A stretch of 64,000 bases of DNA from the human T2T-CHM13v2.0 reference genome, Homo sapiens (GCF_009914755.1 NC_060936.1), one strand, 5' to 3'; positions 1 to 11,764 are shown, counted from the stretch's first letter. Notes: a model not told the origin generated them from the sequence alone. Made by a program: numbers and translations.

Positions 1-82
1 CTCAGCGAGAAGTCTAACACTCTGTATTCTTTAACAAGCACCCCGAGAGAGCCTTATAATAAGGTAAATTTAGGAAACACTG
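1..82. mobile_element. MER5A1-like hAT-Charlie MITE, terminal half
   Basis: ctgtattctttaacaagcacccc...aaatttaggaaacactg resembles the MER5A1 end. Confidence 0.55.
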
Positions 83-1362
83 CCCTACAGCAACGTTTGT
101 CCCAAACATAAATCCTTCCTTTGGAAGGAAAGCCTCCTTCCTGTGGATCTTCGAACTTTTGAACCCTTTGAACTTTCCTTTGGAGTAAATCTGATTTCTT
201 TCTAAACACTTCTGATGAAACCAGTCTCTTTGACTACTTTTCTTTTTATAAGTGCTCTGTGATGAAGTCATTCTGCCTGATTCCAAGATAATCAATCAAG
301 CTAAAGCTGTATGAGATCATTATTTAGGAAATTCATGGAAAGAATTCCAGGCTTGGGATTTGGGTTTAAATACCCCATTTAGACACAAACCTGGGTGGGG
401 ATCTCCACACTATAGTTAATAGCCATGTGAACTTGAGCAAGCCTCTTAAATCCACTTACCCTCAATTTTATCAATCTGAGTAGTTGGGGCAGGGGATAGG
501 ATAGGATGCCCATCCAACAGTGATAATAGGATACAAGGTAGAATGCACACTTTTGCTTAATACTTTATTTGTACACATTGTTTTTTATATTTTTCTCCAT
601 TTCTATGAATGGTGGAAAGCCTATCAAGATAACATAGAAAATTGCTCAAGTACAATTGTAAGATATTTTGCGATGCGGTCTTCATTAAAAAATATATAGC
701 AGTGCTCAACAAATGGCAACTTTATGTATTTTTAAGCATAATTTGCCTTTAAAGAGTCCCTATTACTTTTATACAAAGCCCATAGGGAAAAACAAAGACA
801 ACACTGAGCTGCCAGAGGAAGGAAAATCAAGTTGAGTCATTACTTTTCCCAACTGTTTTGAGGCTCCTATTCAAATGCCAATGGCTTTTGTTTTTTAACC
901 TTCACCCTTTCCTTTTTCAATTCATGAACCACAACTAACGATAGGATCAATATATCCCAAAAACTGAAAAGCAGCTTGCTTTTCTACCAGTTATACTGGG
1001 TTTTATTCATCATTCAATCATAGTCACCTATAAAACCATTATGTTTATTAATTACTTTGATTCTCTACTTTTCTCTGGCCTATTGGGGTTCTTTTCCAAT
1101 TGGCCTGGCTTCCAAGAATTAGCAAAGACTCATGTAGAAGGATGTGTTTAGCTGCTGGAAGCTATGTTCACCACCACTGTTAAGTCCCCACTTTGCCCAC
1201 TCATGACAACCCCAAGATGTTCTTTAATGCCCAGTCAAGCATCCTAGAAAACATCCAACCTGTTCACTTAGAGGGTAAGAATTTTTGATGAGAATGTTTA
1301 ACCATTTGATTCAGATGACCGTACTGGGGGCATATAAAATTTTCTTGAGAAGTGGCAAATAC

Positions 1363-1530
1363 CTTGTTTCTGTTGCAATAATATTTTCGTATTCAAGGCA
1401 ACAATTGAGAGATCTGGAACACAGACCGTTTTCAACCTTGCCATCAATTTTAAAATCCCCTCTTGCCGTCAGATTCCTATATGTTCCAGAACACATCTGT
1501 ATAAGAGCTTTGCAATCTCTGAGAGGTAGT
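1363..1530 (-). other. Candidate spliced exon, 168 nt, one fully open frame, product unrecognised
   Basis: Minus strand: tattttcAG|acta...acaag|GTattt; length divisible by 3; frame reads LPLRDCKALIQMCSGTYRNLTARGDFKIDGKVENGLCSRSLNCCLEYENIIATET; not an obvious repeat. Confidence 0.3.
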
Positions 1531-2869
1531 CTGAAAATATAGCTTATATATTATGTTATTATATAATTACACAGATTTAGATAGAATATTTTTACATAGA
1601 GTGTTTATATAATTATCTCGGTTGCTATGCTGCTTGCTGGTGAATGGTAGAAAGCATATTAAGATAACATAGAAAATCTCACTCAAGTAGAAATATGAAA
1701 TAATTTGGGCTCATCCTCCAGTTAAAAACACAAATATTATTCTACCTATTAAAGAAAAAAACACCTCCATACCCTAAAAAGAAGTTGGTTGGTGACTTTT
1801 AAAAGAACTTTTAAAAGAAATTATTTTTAAAATACATTTAACAACAATAATAACAACAACAACAAAAATTTACTATGGATAGAAGAGTTCATTTCTACCT
1901 ATAGCAGTAAAAGCCTGAAACTAGCAAAAATTTTTATTTTGATACAACACATCATAAAGTTCTATGTAACCAATTGTCTATTTCCAAAGTAAGCAAGATA
2001 CTTAAAAATAAAGACACATGCCTACCTTTTTTCCACTTACTACCAATTTATATAAGCTGGTTCTTCTCTTTCTAAAATTGTTCTGTTTTGACCAATATTG
2101 GCAGTCAGTATTTCTTTAACATTGTGTTTAGAGGCACGTTGGATTTTTTGCCGTTCCCACAATTTCCATATTTAGGTGGGTGTTTCAAACCATGCTGACA
2201 GCTAGTATCTAAACACCTTTTTAGTCACAGTTGGCTAACATATTGTCTTATAGTCAAAGTGGTAATTTTATGCAGTGCCTCAAAGGACTGTGTGATGAAT
2301 GATATGTTCAAAACATATAGCACAAGCACAAATGATAATAGTGCAAGAGTACCCTAAAGTTTTAAGACTTGGGTTTAAAGTAAGCAGGTTTTAATCAATT
2401 TGGTGAGCAGAACAACAGTCTACAAAGCAAAAGCCCCAACCAGCTAGGATTCACATAAAGTATTTGCAGATTCCCGTAAGAAAGGTAACGTAATGTAGCA
2501 TGTACGAACTAACCCAATGGGTCAAAGCAGTAGGCACATTATGTATCATAGTTTAATTGTCTCGTTGAGAAATATTACATCAGTCATTCATCCCAGGAGA
2601 GAAATGTGAACTTTTTCTCTGCAAGCATTTTTTTCTCCAAAATTAAACACAGTTATACCTCACTTTATTAAATTATGAAAATGATATATACTGGGACCAC
2701 AGGAGTTCAGCCTCTCACAGCATTGCTTTGACTGAGCTATGTTTTAATGATACCTTAAGCTTCCACGAAATATTGCTATAAGAAACAGTCAAAAGACGTT
2801 TGCCTATGCGTTTGCTGCTTAAAAAAATAGTTGGGTAGATTATCAAACCTATCACTCAATGCCTGCTAC

Positions 2870-2957
2870 AAAGAAAAGCCCCTTCCCGAAGGTCACAACA
2901 GATAAGTAAAACTAAAAAAATTGAAAAAAAAAAATTTTAAGAAAAAGAAAAGCCCCT
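2870..2957 (+). mobile_element. Tiny 5'-truncated retroposed insertion (60 bp) with 14-bp TSD
   Basis: aaagaaaagcccct at 2870-2883 and 2944-2957 flanks a ~30-nt body plus A-rich tail. Confidence 0.55.
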
Positions 2958-3225
2958 CAGATAAATGTATTCTAGGATATGCTGCCAGGAAAAAAAAAAA
3001 AAAAAAAAATCCTGTATTTTCTAAGACCTGTGCTTCTTCCTTTTAAAGAAGAAGAAGCATGCAACTAATTGTATTCCCCCTTTTGCACTGACTGCCAGGA
3101 ATCTCACAAGCAAGTATCACGTTCAGTATGGCAGTGACTTAATCCACATGACATCATTTTGCATTCTCCATTTTTCCATAGATCTGATTTTCTATATCTA
3201 TTTTATTACTTTTTATCAACATTAT

Positions 3226-3521
3226 TGCCAGGCACAATGGCTCATGCCTGTAATCCCAGCACTTTGGGAGGCCGAGGCGGGCAGATCACGAGGTCAGGAG
3301 TTCAAGACCAGCCTGACCAACATGGTGAAACCCCATCTCTACTAAAAATACAAAAATTAGCCAGGCGTGGTAGCACACGTGCCTGTAACTCCAGCTACTC
3401 ACGGGGCTGAGGCAGGAAAATCACTTGAAAACAGGAGGCGTAGGTTGCAGAGAGCCGAGATCGAGCCATTGCACTCCAGCCTGGGTGACAGAACGAGACT
3501 CCGTCTCAAAAAAAAAAAAAA
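3226..3521 (+). mobile_element. AluS (Sg-like)
   Basis: Full dimer, gatcacgaggtcaggagttc, poly(A) tail. Confidence 0.95.
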
Positions 3522-3618
3522 TACATATATGTATACACATATACATATATATGTGTATATATACATATATATATACATATATACATACATACATACATAT
3601 ATATGTACATATATATGA
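3522..3618. repeat. (TA/CA)-rich microsatellite extending the Alu tail
   Basis: tacatatatgtatacacatatacat... directly visible. Confidence 0.9.
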
Positions 3619-4093
3619 TACTTTAAATTATTTTGGGGAAAGGATTAGTTATCAGTAAATTCTACTGGTTATCAGTAAATATTGTAAAAGCTATTTTAAA
3701 TTCTCTTGAGGAAAGGATTGGAATCAATTCAATCAATTGTCCAGATAGCAGTTATATGGCAGCATATATCTCTGAAATACAGTTAATCAAAAAAGTAAAA
3801 TAAAATTACTCTAAAAAGCTCAAATCTAGTTACAAGAGCTTTGCACCAAAGGTCACACATGTTGCACCAATGGAATGTCTCTATCTTCATTTAAAGCTAT
3901 TTTATTTAGACACTATTCTAACAGGCTTGGCTATTGTGTTTCTTAGGGCACAGAAATATGAAACAGGATAAACTGCTAGAAATTATTTAGCAAAAATAAT
4001 TTACAAATGACAGTAAGAAGAGAGGGTAGACAACTATAAAACATAACCAAAAGAGGTCAGGCCCTTGCTAATCCAGAGTCATTTTATATAAAG

Positions 4094-4268
4094 CAGAATT
4101 TCTCAAGGTGTGGGCCTAAAGCACTTACATTAGAATCACCTGAGGATTTGTTTAAAAGGTAAGGTTCTGAGCCGCATATTAGAATCTTGGAGGGTGTGGC
4201 CCAGAAAAGCACATTTTTCATAAGCATATTAGGTGATTCTTACATAAAGGACAGTTTGAGAATCACAA
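4094..4268. mobile_element. MER5B/MER5A-like hAT MITE
   Basis: tttctcaaggtgtgg...agaatcacctg...aggtgattct...agtttgagaatcac, palindromic MER5 layout. Confidence 0.6.
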
Positions 4269-4502
4269 AGACACTGACAACTCTGTAACTCAGTGGGCCT
4301 TTGGGGCCCAACCACACATCAAACCCAGAAACATCAAAAATTATTTCAGAACTTTTGTCTTTTGGAAAACGGGAAGGTATGTGGTAAATTCTAGAAAGGC
4401 TATCCTTGAAAATTGTTAATACTACACCATTTATTTAGTGTTTTTATATTGCTGTGCAACAGGGCAATTTTCAACACATCCAGATAATCGAAGAACTATG
4501 AC

Positions 4503-4986
4503 TCTCAAGAACTGTGAAAGGATTTTACCCTACTTGCAAGCTAATAAGTTAGCCTGCCACAGTTTCATAGATGCTGGCAGAAGACATGAGACTACTGGGT
4601 CAGAGACAAAGGACTTTATTACTCACAGCACAGCAAGAAGCATGAGATTCATATTTGTCAGTTCCCTTTCCACCCTCAAGTCCTTCAAGGGCCATGCAGA
4701 GGGGCCCAGGTGGGTTTATGTCACATCTGATGGAATACAAGCATTGGAATCCCCAATCTTTTATCATAAGAGTTAACAAACCAGCCTGAACTTTGCGGTG
4801 GAGGGAGGCATTATCTTTATTATACTGGGCAATAAATCTGCTCGCCGCTACAGAGGGAAACACTATATCTTTCAAGGCTGTTCACTACACAAATATTCTT
4901 AAAGAGATAATCTGGAATAAAGGCTCTCTGTGCTCTGCCCACAGATGTGCAAAAACAAGAGACCCACAGAGAGGTGGCTCCCAACA
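4503..4986 (-). mobile_element. LTR40-family (ERVL) solo LTR
   Basis: ttttaccctacttgcaagctaataagttagcctgccacagtttcat...ctcccaaca is the reverse complement of LTR40. Confidence 0.75.
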
Positions 4987-5833
4987 GTGACCTTCCTCTT
5001 TGGGCTCTAGAGTGTTGTGTGTTTCCATTCAGAATGCAAGTGTTTGTTGTCACTTGGATAAGAAAGTGGTTGTTTTTCCTTCTACACCACTGGTTGCTCC
5101 TTCTTTGTTTTCTTTATCAATCATTCCTGTACCCCTAACCTCTGAATGATGGAATATTCCAGGGCTTAGGCCTTCTTGTTCTTTTCTCTGCCTACAATTA
5201 CCCTTTCAGTGATCTCATCTAATCTCATACCTAAATAGCATCTATATTGTCAACAACTGCCATATTTGTATCTCCACTCCAGAACCTCCTCTGAACTCCC
5301 AACCTGTAGGACTGCCTAATTGGATTTCCACTTGGATATGTAATATATATCTTAAACTTTAGATCTACGTTCCACCTGTGGTCTTCCTCAGTTTAGTTGA
5401 CTGACAACTGTAGCCTTTCAATTACTCAGGCCAAATATGTTAGAGCCATTCTTGACTCTTCTCTTTCTCTCAGATCCCATGTCTAATTCATCAGGACATA
5501 CTGTTGGCCTTATCTTAAAGTATATCTCACCACCTCCACTGGTACCTGCCTGATCTGGTTTACCATCATCTCTATACGTGATTACTGAAATAGGTTTCTA
5601 AACTACCTCTCTTCTACCACCTATGGCTCCTCCCAAATCCTCCCCCAAAACACACACATATACACATAGTGAATTGTAAAAGTCAGCTCATTTCACTCCT
5701 CTGCACAACAATCTTAACTGGATTCAGGAGGGCTTCTCCATTCCTTTTATTTCTCTGACCTCTGCTGGTACCACTCTCTCCCCCGAGTCTCACTAGACTT
5801 TCTGTTGCTTGAACAATTTTGGTCAAAGTCAGA

Positions 5834-6329
5834 GTGTACTAATTTCCTATTACCATTGTAACAACTTACCACAACGTCTGTGGCTTAAAACGACACAAAT
5901 GTATTCTCTTACAGTCTGGAGTTTAGAAGTCTGCAATCAGTTTCACCGGACTAAAGCCAAGGCTCCAGCAAGGATGGTTCCTTCTGGAGGCTCGGAGGGG
6001 AAGGTCCATTCCTCTGCCTTTTTCAGCTTCTGGTGGCCTCCTGTATTCCTTGGCTCAGGGCCCCTTCCTCCATCTTCAGAGTGCATCACTCCAACCCTTG
6101 CTTCTATCACCGCATTTACTTCTCCTGATTCTGGCTTTTCCTGTACACTCCTTCTTATAAGGAGTTAGATTACCTTGCACCCACTTCAATAATCCAGATA
6201 ATCTTCCATATCAAAATCTTTAATTTGATCATATCTGCAAAGTCCCTTTTGTCATATTAAGTAACATTCACAGGTTCTGGGCATTAACAAATGAACATAT
6301 TTTGGGAGGTCATTATTCAGTCTATCATA
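5834..6329 (-). mobile_element. MLT1D-like MaLR LTR
   Basis: gtggcttaaaacgacacaaatgtattctcttacagtctggag...ataatccagataatct...tctgcaaagtcccttttg. Confidence 0.8.
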
Positions 6330-6480
6330 TCTACCTCAGGCCCTTTGCATTGGTATTCCCTCTGCATGGGATACTTCCCCTAGGTATCCATGTGGCTGAT
6401 TCCCTCAATTCCTTCAAGTTTGCACTCATGTGTCACCTTCTCAGTGAGGCCAACCCTGACTACCCTATTTTAAATGTCAA

Positions 6481-7161
6481 TGTATTAGTCCATTTTCATG
6501 CGGCTAATAAAGACATACCCAATGCTGGGTAATTTATAAATAAAAAGAGGTTTAGGCCGGGCACGGTGGCTCACGCTTGTAATCCCAGCACTTTGGGAGG
6601 CCAAGGTGGGCAGATCACGAGGTCAGGAGATCGAGACCACGGTGAAACCCCATCTCTACTAAAAATACAAAAAATTGGGCGGGTGTGGTGGCAGGCGCCT
6701 GTAGTCCCAACTACTCGGAGAGGCTGAAGCAGGAGAATGGCGTGAACCCAGGAGGCAGAGCTTGTAGTGAGCCAAGATCAGGCCACTGCACTCCAGCCTG
6801 GGCGACACAGTGAGACTCCATCTCAAAAATAAATAAATAAATAAATAAATAAATAAATATAAAAGGAGGTTTAATGGACTCACTGTTCCACATGGCAGGG
6901 GAGGCCTCATAATCATGGTGGAAGGCAAAAGCCACATCTTACATGGCGGCAAACAAGAGAGAAATGAGAGCCAAGAGAAAGGGGAAAGCTCTTATAAAAC
7001 CATCAAATCTCATGACACTTATTCACTACCATGAGAACAGGATGAGGAAACCACCCCCGTGATTCAGTTATCTCCCACCAGGTTCCTCCCACAACACACG
7101 GGAATTATGGGAGCTACAATTCAAGATGAGATTTGGGTGGGGACACAGCCAAACCATATTA
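6481..7161 (-). mobile_element. THE1C-like MaLR solo LTR interrupted by an Alu
   Basis: tgtattagtccattttcatg...gagatttgggtggggacacagccaaaccatat. Confidence 0.9.
6555..6859 (+). mobile_element. AluY with 12-bp left-arm deletion (Yd lineage / AluYc3-type)
   Basis: gagaccacggtgaaac (12 bp missing), cacgcttgtaatc, ctcggagagg; TSD taaaaagaggttta/taaaaggaggttta; (TAAA)n tail. Confidence 0.85.
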
Positions 7162-7729
7162 GGCCATAATCAACAACTCCTCACCCCATTTTCATCATCC
7201 TATTTACTCCCCTATCTTACCTGCTCTAGCTTTTTCCCATAGTACCAATCACCTTCCAACATACTGAATAATTTATTTTTTATTGTCCATCTTCCTGCAT
7301 TAGAATGTATGCTCCTTGAGGTTCTGCTGTGCTCATTGATATATCTTAAACACATAACAGTACCTGGCACATATTAAGACTTCAGTAAGTATTTGTTAAA
7401 TAAATATGTCATAGATCTCACAAACCCAGACACCAAAATAAGGAAATTTTTAAAATGTCAAATAATAATAGCTCAGACTCCTGCTGCTCTTCGTTTCAGA
7501 AATTAAATCCCCACATATCTTGTCAATTATTAATGCCAGTTCCTTTATGAGAAAACTCCTCTGCTGCTATGTACACCTATCTCCTTTTGTGCTTGCATGA
7601 CAACTGCATTCCTACTTCCTCAGCACGGGGGAATTCTGTCCCCAGTTCTTCACAGCTCAAAGGCAGACCAGCATTTTTAACAGATACGTGAGGATAACTA
7701 AGGGACAAACAAAACAGAGTAGCTTGAAC

Positions 7730-8244
7730 TGTGAATGGGGTCTACTATGGCATAAAAAAATTATTTTGAGCTGATGGCATTTGAGTTACTGAGATTCCTT
7801 ATCTGCCTAAAAGCAGGGCCCCCCAACAACTCAATTTTCATAAATACCCTTTCTGAGAGCAACTCTAATCTTTCCTTAGAGAAAATCGAGAAGTTGGCAC
7901 CACACCCAAATAGACGTTGTTACAAAACTATCCTATCTCCCATCTATTCTAAGAACCATTCATCTTTCCAAAAAGTCATTTTTCTTTTCATAAATGCCCT
8001 TTCTCCACACCCCCTCACCTAAAAAGTCATCTTTTCTGCCAAAAGTGTCCCTTTCCCCTTCCCCATCTCTGTTTAAGATGGTATATAAGCCCCAAATTCT
8101 AACCACCACCTTGAGTCATGTTTTTCTGTGAACTTCTGCATAAAAATCTGTCTTTTCTCTTGCTGATCTGTCTTTTGTCAGTTTAACGTACAGGCCTCCA
8201 AGCACAGAATCTAAAAAGGCAGAGAAAGTTTTTTTTTCTCCAAC
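7730..8244 (+). mobile_element. ERV1 MER4-group solo LTR (MER31/34-like, subfamily uncertain)
   Basis: ttattttgagctgatggcatttgag...tatataagccccaaattctaacc...tctgtcttttgtcagtttaa; related to the copy at 51.1 kb. Confidence 0.6.
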
Positions 8245-8314
8245 AACTGCTATTTGAAGTGGTCACTCTTAGAATCTAAAACAAAAATTCAATTTCAGAA
8301 CTCTTGCCTGGTTT

Positions 8315-8948
8315 TGTTACCGGAAGACGGTCTGGATCCAGACCCCAAGAGAGGGTTCTTGGATCTCGCACAAGAAAAAATTTGAGGCAAATCCATAAAG
8401 TGAAAGCAAGTTTATTAAGAAAGTAAAGGAATAAAGAATGGTTATTCCATAGGCAGAGCAGCAGCTTGGGCTGCTCAGTGATTATACTTGTATTAATAGT
8501 TATTTCTTGAATATATGCTAAACAAGGGGTGGATTATTCATGAATTTTCTGGGAAATGGGTGAGCAATTCCCAGAACTGAGGGTTCCTCCCACTTCTAGA
8601 CTATATAGGGTAACTTCCTGAGGTTGCCATGGCATATATAAACTGTCATGGTGCTAGTGGGAGTGTCTTTTAGCATGTTGAGGTATAATAATTAGTGTAT
8701 AATGAGCAGTGGGGACAACCAGAGGTCACTTTTGTTGCCATCTTGGTTTTGATAGATTTTGGCCAGCTTCTTTACTGCAACCTGCATTATCAGCAAGGTC
8801 TTTGTGACCCGTATCTTATGCTGACCTCCTATCTCATCCTGTGACTAAGAATGCCTAACCTCCTGGGAATACAGCCCAGTAGGTCTCAGCCTTATTTTAC
8901 CCAGGCCCTATTCAAGATGGAGTTGTTCTACTTCTAACACTTCTGACA
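8315..8948 (-). mobile_element. MER41B solo LTR (ERV1)
   Basis: tgttaccgga...gatccagaccccaagagagggttcttggatctcgc...ttcaagatggagtt...tctgaca; TSD gttt/attt. Confidence 0.9.
8547..8576. promoter_or_regulatory. Tandem GAS (STAT) motifs within MER41B
   Basis: TTCTGGGAA (8547-8555) and TTCCCAGAA (8568-8576) both fit TTCnnnGAA; activity not shown. Confidence 0.5.
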
Positions 8949-9425
8949 ATTTCCATAATTTCTCCAGGTGCAGAGGCCTGCTCATCTTTTCTACTACAGA
9001 GGAGGTTCAGGTACCTGTCTACAAGCAAAACTGTTGTCTCACTCAAAGAGAATAACTAAATATTTGCCTCCAAAAATTTTTATCTCTCTGCCCCAGAACT
9101 GACCTCTTGCAACAGTAATTTATAAGAGATATTCCATCTCCAACCCACTGGAAGTTAGTCTTGCCCTAAGAGTTGTAAAAGGACAATCCATTGTAATTCA
9201 ATACTTGCACATTTTCCTAAAGTCTATGTTATTCGATTTTAATAAAATTATTTGCAGTCCTTCAACAGAACAGTTTAGAAAAGTAAAATTTAACAATCTC
9301 AGTCAAATCCCTTTTTGAGTCCCCTCCCTGAATTTGAGGTATCCATTTGCCTGTGCATTCTTCCTACTGAAGTGGTTATCTCTCCTAATCTTTGACAAGT
9401 ACTTGGACCATGGCATGAGCGAGAG

Positions 9426-10000
9426 TGAAGCGGCTTCATTGTCTAGGGTAAATACTCAGGGTTCATCGTCTCACGCCAAGAAAATTTAGGACACAGACAC
9501 ACCCAAGAAGTTTATGAGTGGAGGTTTAATAGGCAGAAGAAAAGAGAAAGGGGAAACAGCTCTCTCTCTAGTGAGAAAGAGGGGCTTTTGAGGAAAAGGC
9601 CGGGTGGAGTTCGCCGGATTTTATAGGCAGACTTGAGGAGGTGGTGTCTGATTTACCTAGGGCACACAGATTGGTTCAGTCAGGTATGATATTTACATAG
9701 CGCTGGGAAGGCAGGCCACCCAACCCTAATCTTATTATGCAAATGGAGTTTCCACTTGACCAGCAACATCTTGTCTGCTCCGCTGTACACGTGGATGGCA
9801 AAGAGAAAAGGGAAGATGGAGCCGCCATTTTTAACATGATTGGCACAACCCCCAGCAGCTGTGTCTGCAGCTCGATTTTTACAGGCTGCTGTTTGTTAGA
9901 AAATGATTTGGCACTACTTTTCATTAAAAAGGAAAACCTTACCAAGAACTCCAGTATCCTCACTATCTGCCTAAGTAATTTATTCTTAACTCCTGTATCA
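9426..10000 (-). mobile_element. MER61-family solo LTR (ERV1)
   Basis: TG...CA ends, perfect AGAG TSD (9422-9425, 10001-10004); reverse strand starts tgatacaggagttaagaa...ttaggcagatagtgagg. Confidence 0.8.
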
Positions 10001-10759
10001 AGAGTACACATGCAATCTCCACAAGAACAATCATTTTCAGAGACTATAGGACCTACATTTAGAGGGGAAAACAAATTCTCTAAAGAAAACATGAAGGATC
10101 TACTCAATTTCATGACTATACAGAATATGATCTCCATCTGAAACATCTGCTTCCGTTTATCTCACACCACCTTTAGGCCTTCCCCAACTGTAAAGGTGGA
10201 AAAAAAAGGACAACATTTGAAAGAAGTCTTCAAATGCATATCTAAAAGCCTTAGTCAAGAGATTTTCCCAAAACAAAAGAGCAGTTTACCTTTAAAACTG
10301 AATTCAAATTGCCCCCAGAAAGCTACGAGGTTTCTAGATTGGCAGGTTTTTTAAAGCTTAAAGAAAAACAACAAAAAAAGTTGAGGCTGAGGTCCAAGTA
10401 ATAGTCACCCAGTTTTACTAAAAGTTGAATAATAATTTTTCTGAGGTGTCAAAACAATGTTTCAAAATGTAAAAAGAATTCTAAAATAGCAACTTCTTTC
10501 TAAAATATTTTAAAATCATGTTTGCAGAACTCTGAGCACCTTATTTGGTGAAATGAGTGTCCATAGAACACCTGTCTCCAAAAGGACAGAAATGACAAAC
10601 AGAAGAGGGAGGGCCAGAAGAGGTCTAGACCTCAAGACTGACTGGACAGTTAATGTCACCTGCTAGGTGAGGCCTTCTCCAGCCACCTCATCAAAATATT
10701 TCACCAACCACCCTCCACCTGAACACACATTCACATACTCACACATACACACTTCCTAA

Positions 10760-11760
10760 TGTAAGGAAGGAAAAAGATACCTTTTTCTCATACCTTCCTA
10801 GGTTGTCTGGCTGGGAATCTGTAAATTAGACTAACAAAAGACAGGTTAACAGAGAAAAGCATACAAATTTATTTAATATAATTTTTACAGGACACTGGAG
10901 CCTTCACAAGGAAATGAAGACCCAACTATGTGGTTAAGCCTAAGCATTTTTATACTAGGTTTGATGAAGAGTGGAACATTGTGGAAAAACATGATAGTGA
11001 GAGAAGAGAGACAGACCCTCTCATATTGTTTTATATTGTTTTATACTCAAAAGAAAAGAAAAGCGAAACAAAAGGCAGGTAGCCCAGGGTCTAGGAACCA
11101 GATTCGAAACTGAGGAACCAGACCCGAAACCAGGCCTGGGCCTGCCTGACCTAAGCCTGGTAGTTAAAGATTGACCCCTAACCTACCTGGTTATGTTATC
11201 TATAGATTCCAGACATCGTATAGAAAAGACATTGTGAGACTTCCCGATCTGTTGTTTCACTCTGACCACTGGTGCATGCAGCCCCTGTCACGTACCCCCT
11301 TGCTTGCTCAATCGATCACAACCCTCTCATGCAGACCCCCTTAGAGTTGTGAGCCCTTAAAAGGGACAGGAATTGCTCACTCGGGGAGCTCGGCTCTTGA
11401 GACAGGAGTCTTGCCTGATGCTTCTGGCTGAATAGACCACTTCCTTCTTCAACTCTGTGTCTGAGGAGTTTTGTCTGCAGCTGGTCCTGCTACAATAGGA
11501 CAGAAGGGTATGACTTGCAGGATAGCAAGCTGTAGGAAATTTAACAAGATCTGTTTATTCATATTCCTTTCAGCAGTCTTCCTTCTTCAGAGATAAGGAT
11601 TCTCCTTTCCTTCAGGTCCAGGGAAGGCACTCACAAGAGGGTCTTAAGACATGCTTCAGAAGAGAAGGCAAAGTAAGAGCCTTTCCCACATTTCTTCAGC
11701 TTAAGATATTCAATGTGCCAAAGCGCCATATTGTGGGGTAGTGTGTTCGGAACCCTGTCA
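10760..11760 (-). mobile_element. ERV1 MER4-group (MER34-like) solo LTR hosting LTR2C, inserted in L2
   Basis: TG...CA ends with perfect CTAA TSD (10756-10759, 11761-11764). Confidence 0.7.
10998..11494 (+). mobile_element. LTR2C-like (HERV-E group) solo LTR
   Basis: accctctcatattgttttatattgttttatactca...ccaggcctgggcctgcctg...ttttgtctgcagctggtcctgctaca; perfect ATAG TSD. Confidence 0.9.
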
Positions 11761-11764
11761 CTAA

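Larger units (their letters stand above)
5060..7410 (+). mobile_element. L2 LINE 3' portion interrupted by MLT1D and THE1C
   Basis: gtgatctcatc...tatctccactccagaacctc; resumes at ~6335 and ~7165; ends cctggcacatattaagacttcagtaagtatttgttaaataaat. Confidence 0.7.

Noticed and set aside
14-295. 93-aa ORF as next exon or gene
   Set aside because: Non-ATG start, weak acceptor, runs into a MER5 relic, and is not in frame with the 1363-1530 candidate exon
6885-6910. PRDM9 hotspot 13-mer in THE1 LTRs
   Set aside because: Copies read CCTCCCCTGCCAT or CCTCCCCAACCAT and miss the CCnCCnTnnCCnC consensus found in THE1A/B
9825-9855. p53 site reported for some MER61 subfamilies
   Set aside because: Only one imperfect CATG half-site is visible; no paired RRRCWWGYYY
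9676-10146. 156-aa and 134-aa overlapping ORFs
   Set aside because: Lie largely within the MER61 LTR and cross its boundary; no domain similarity
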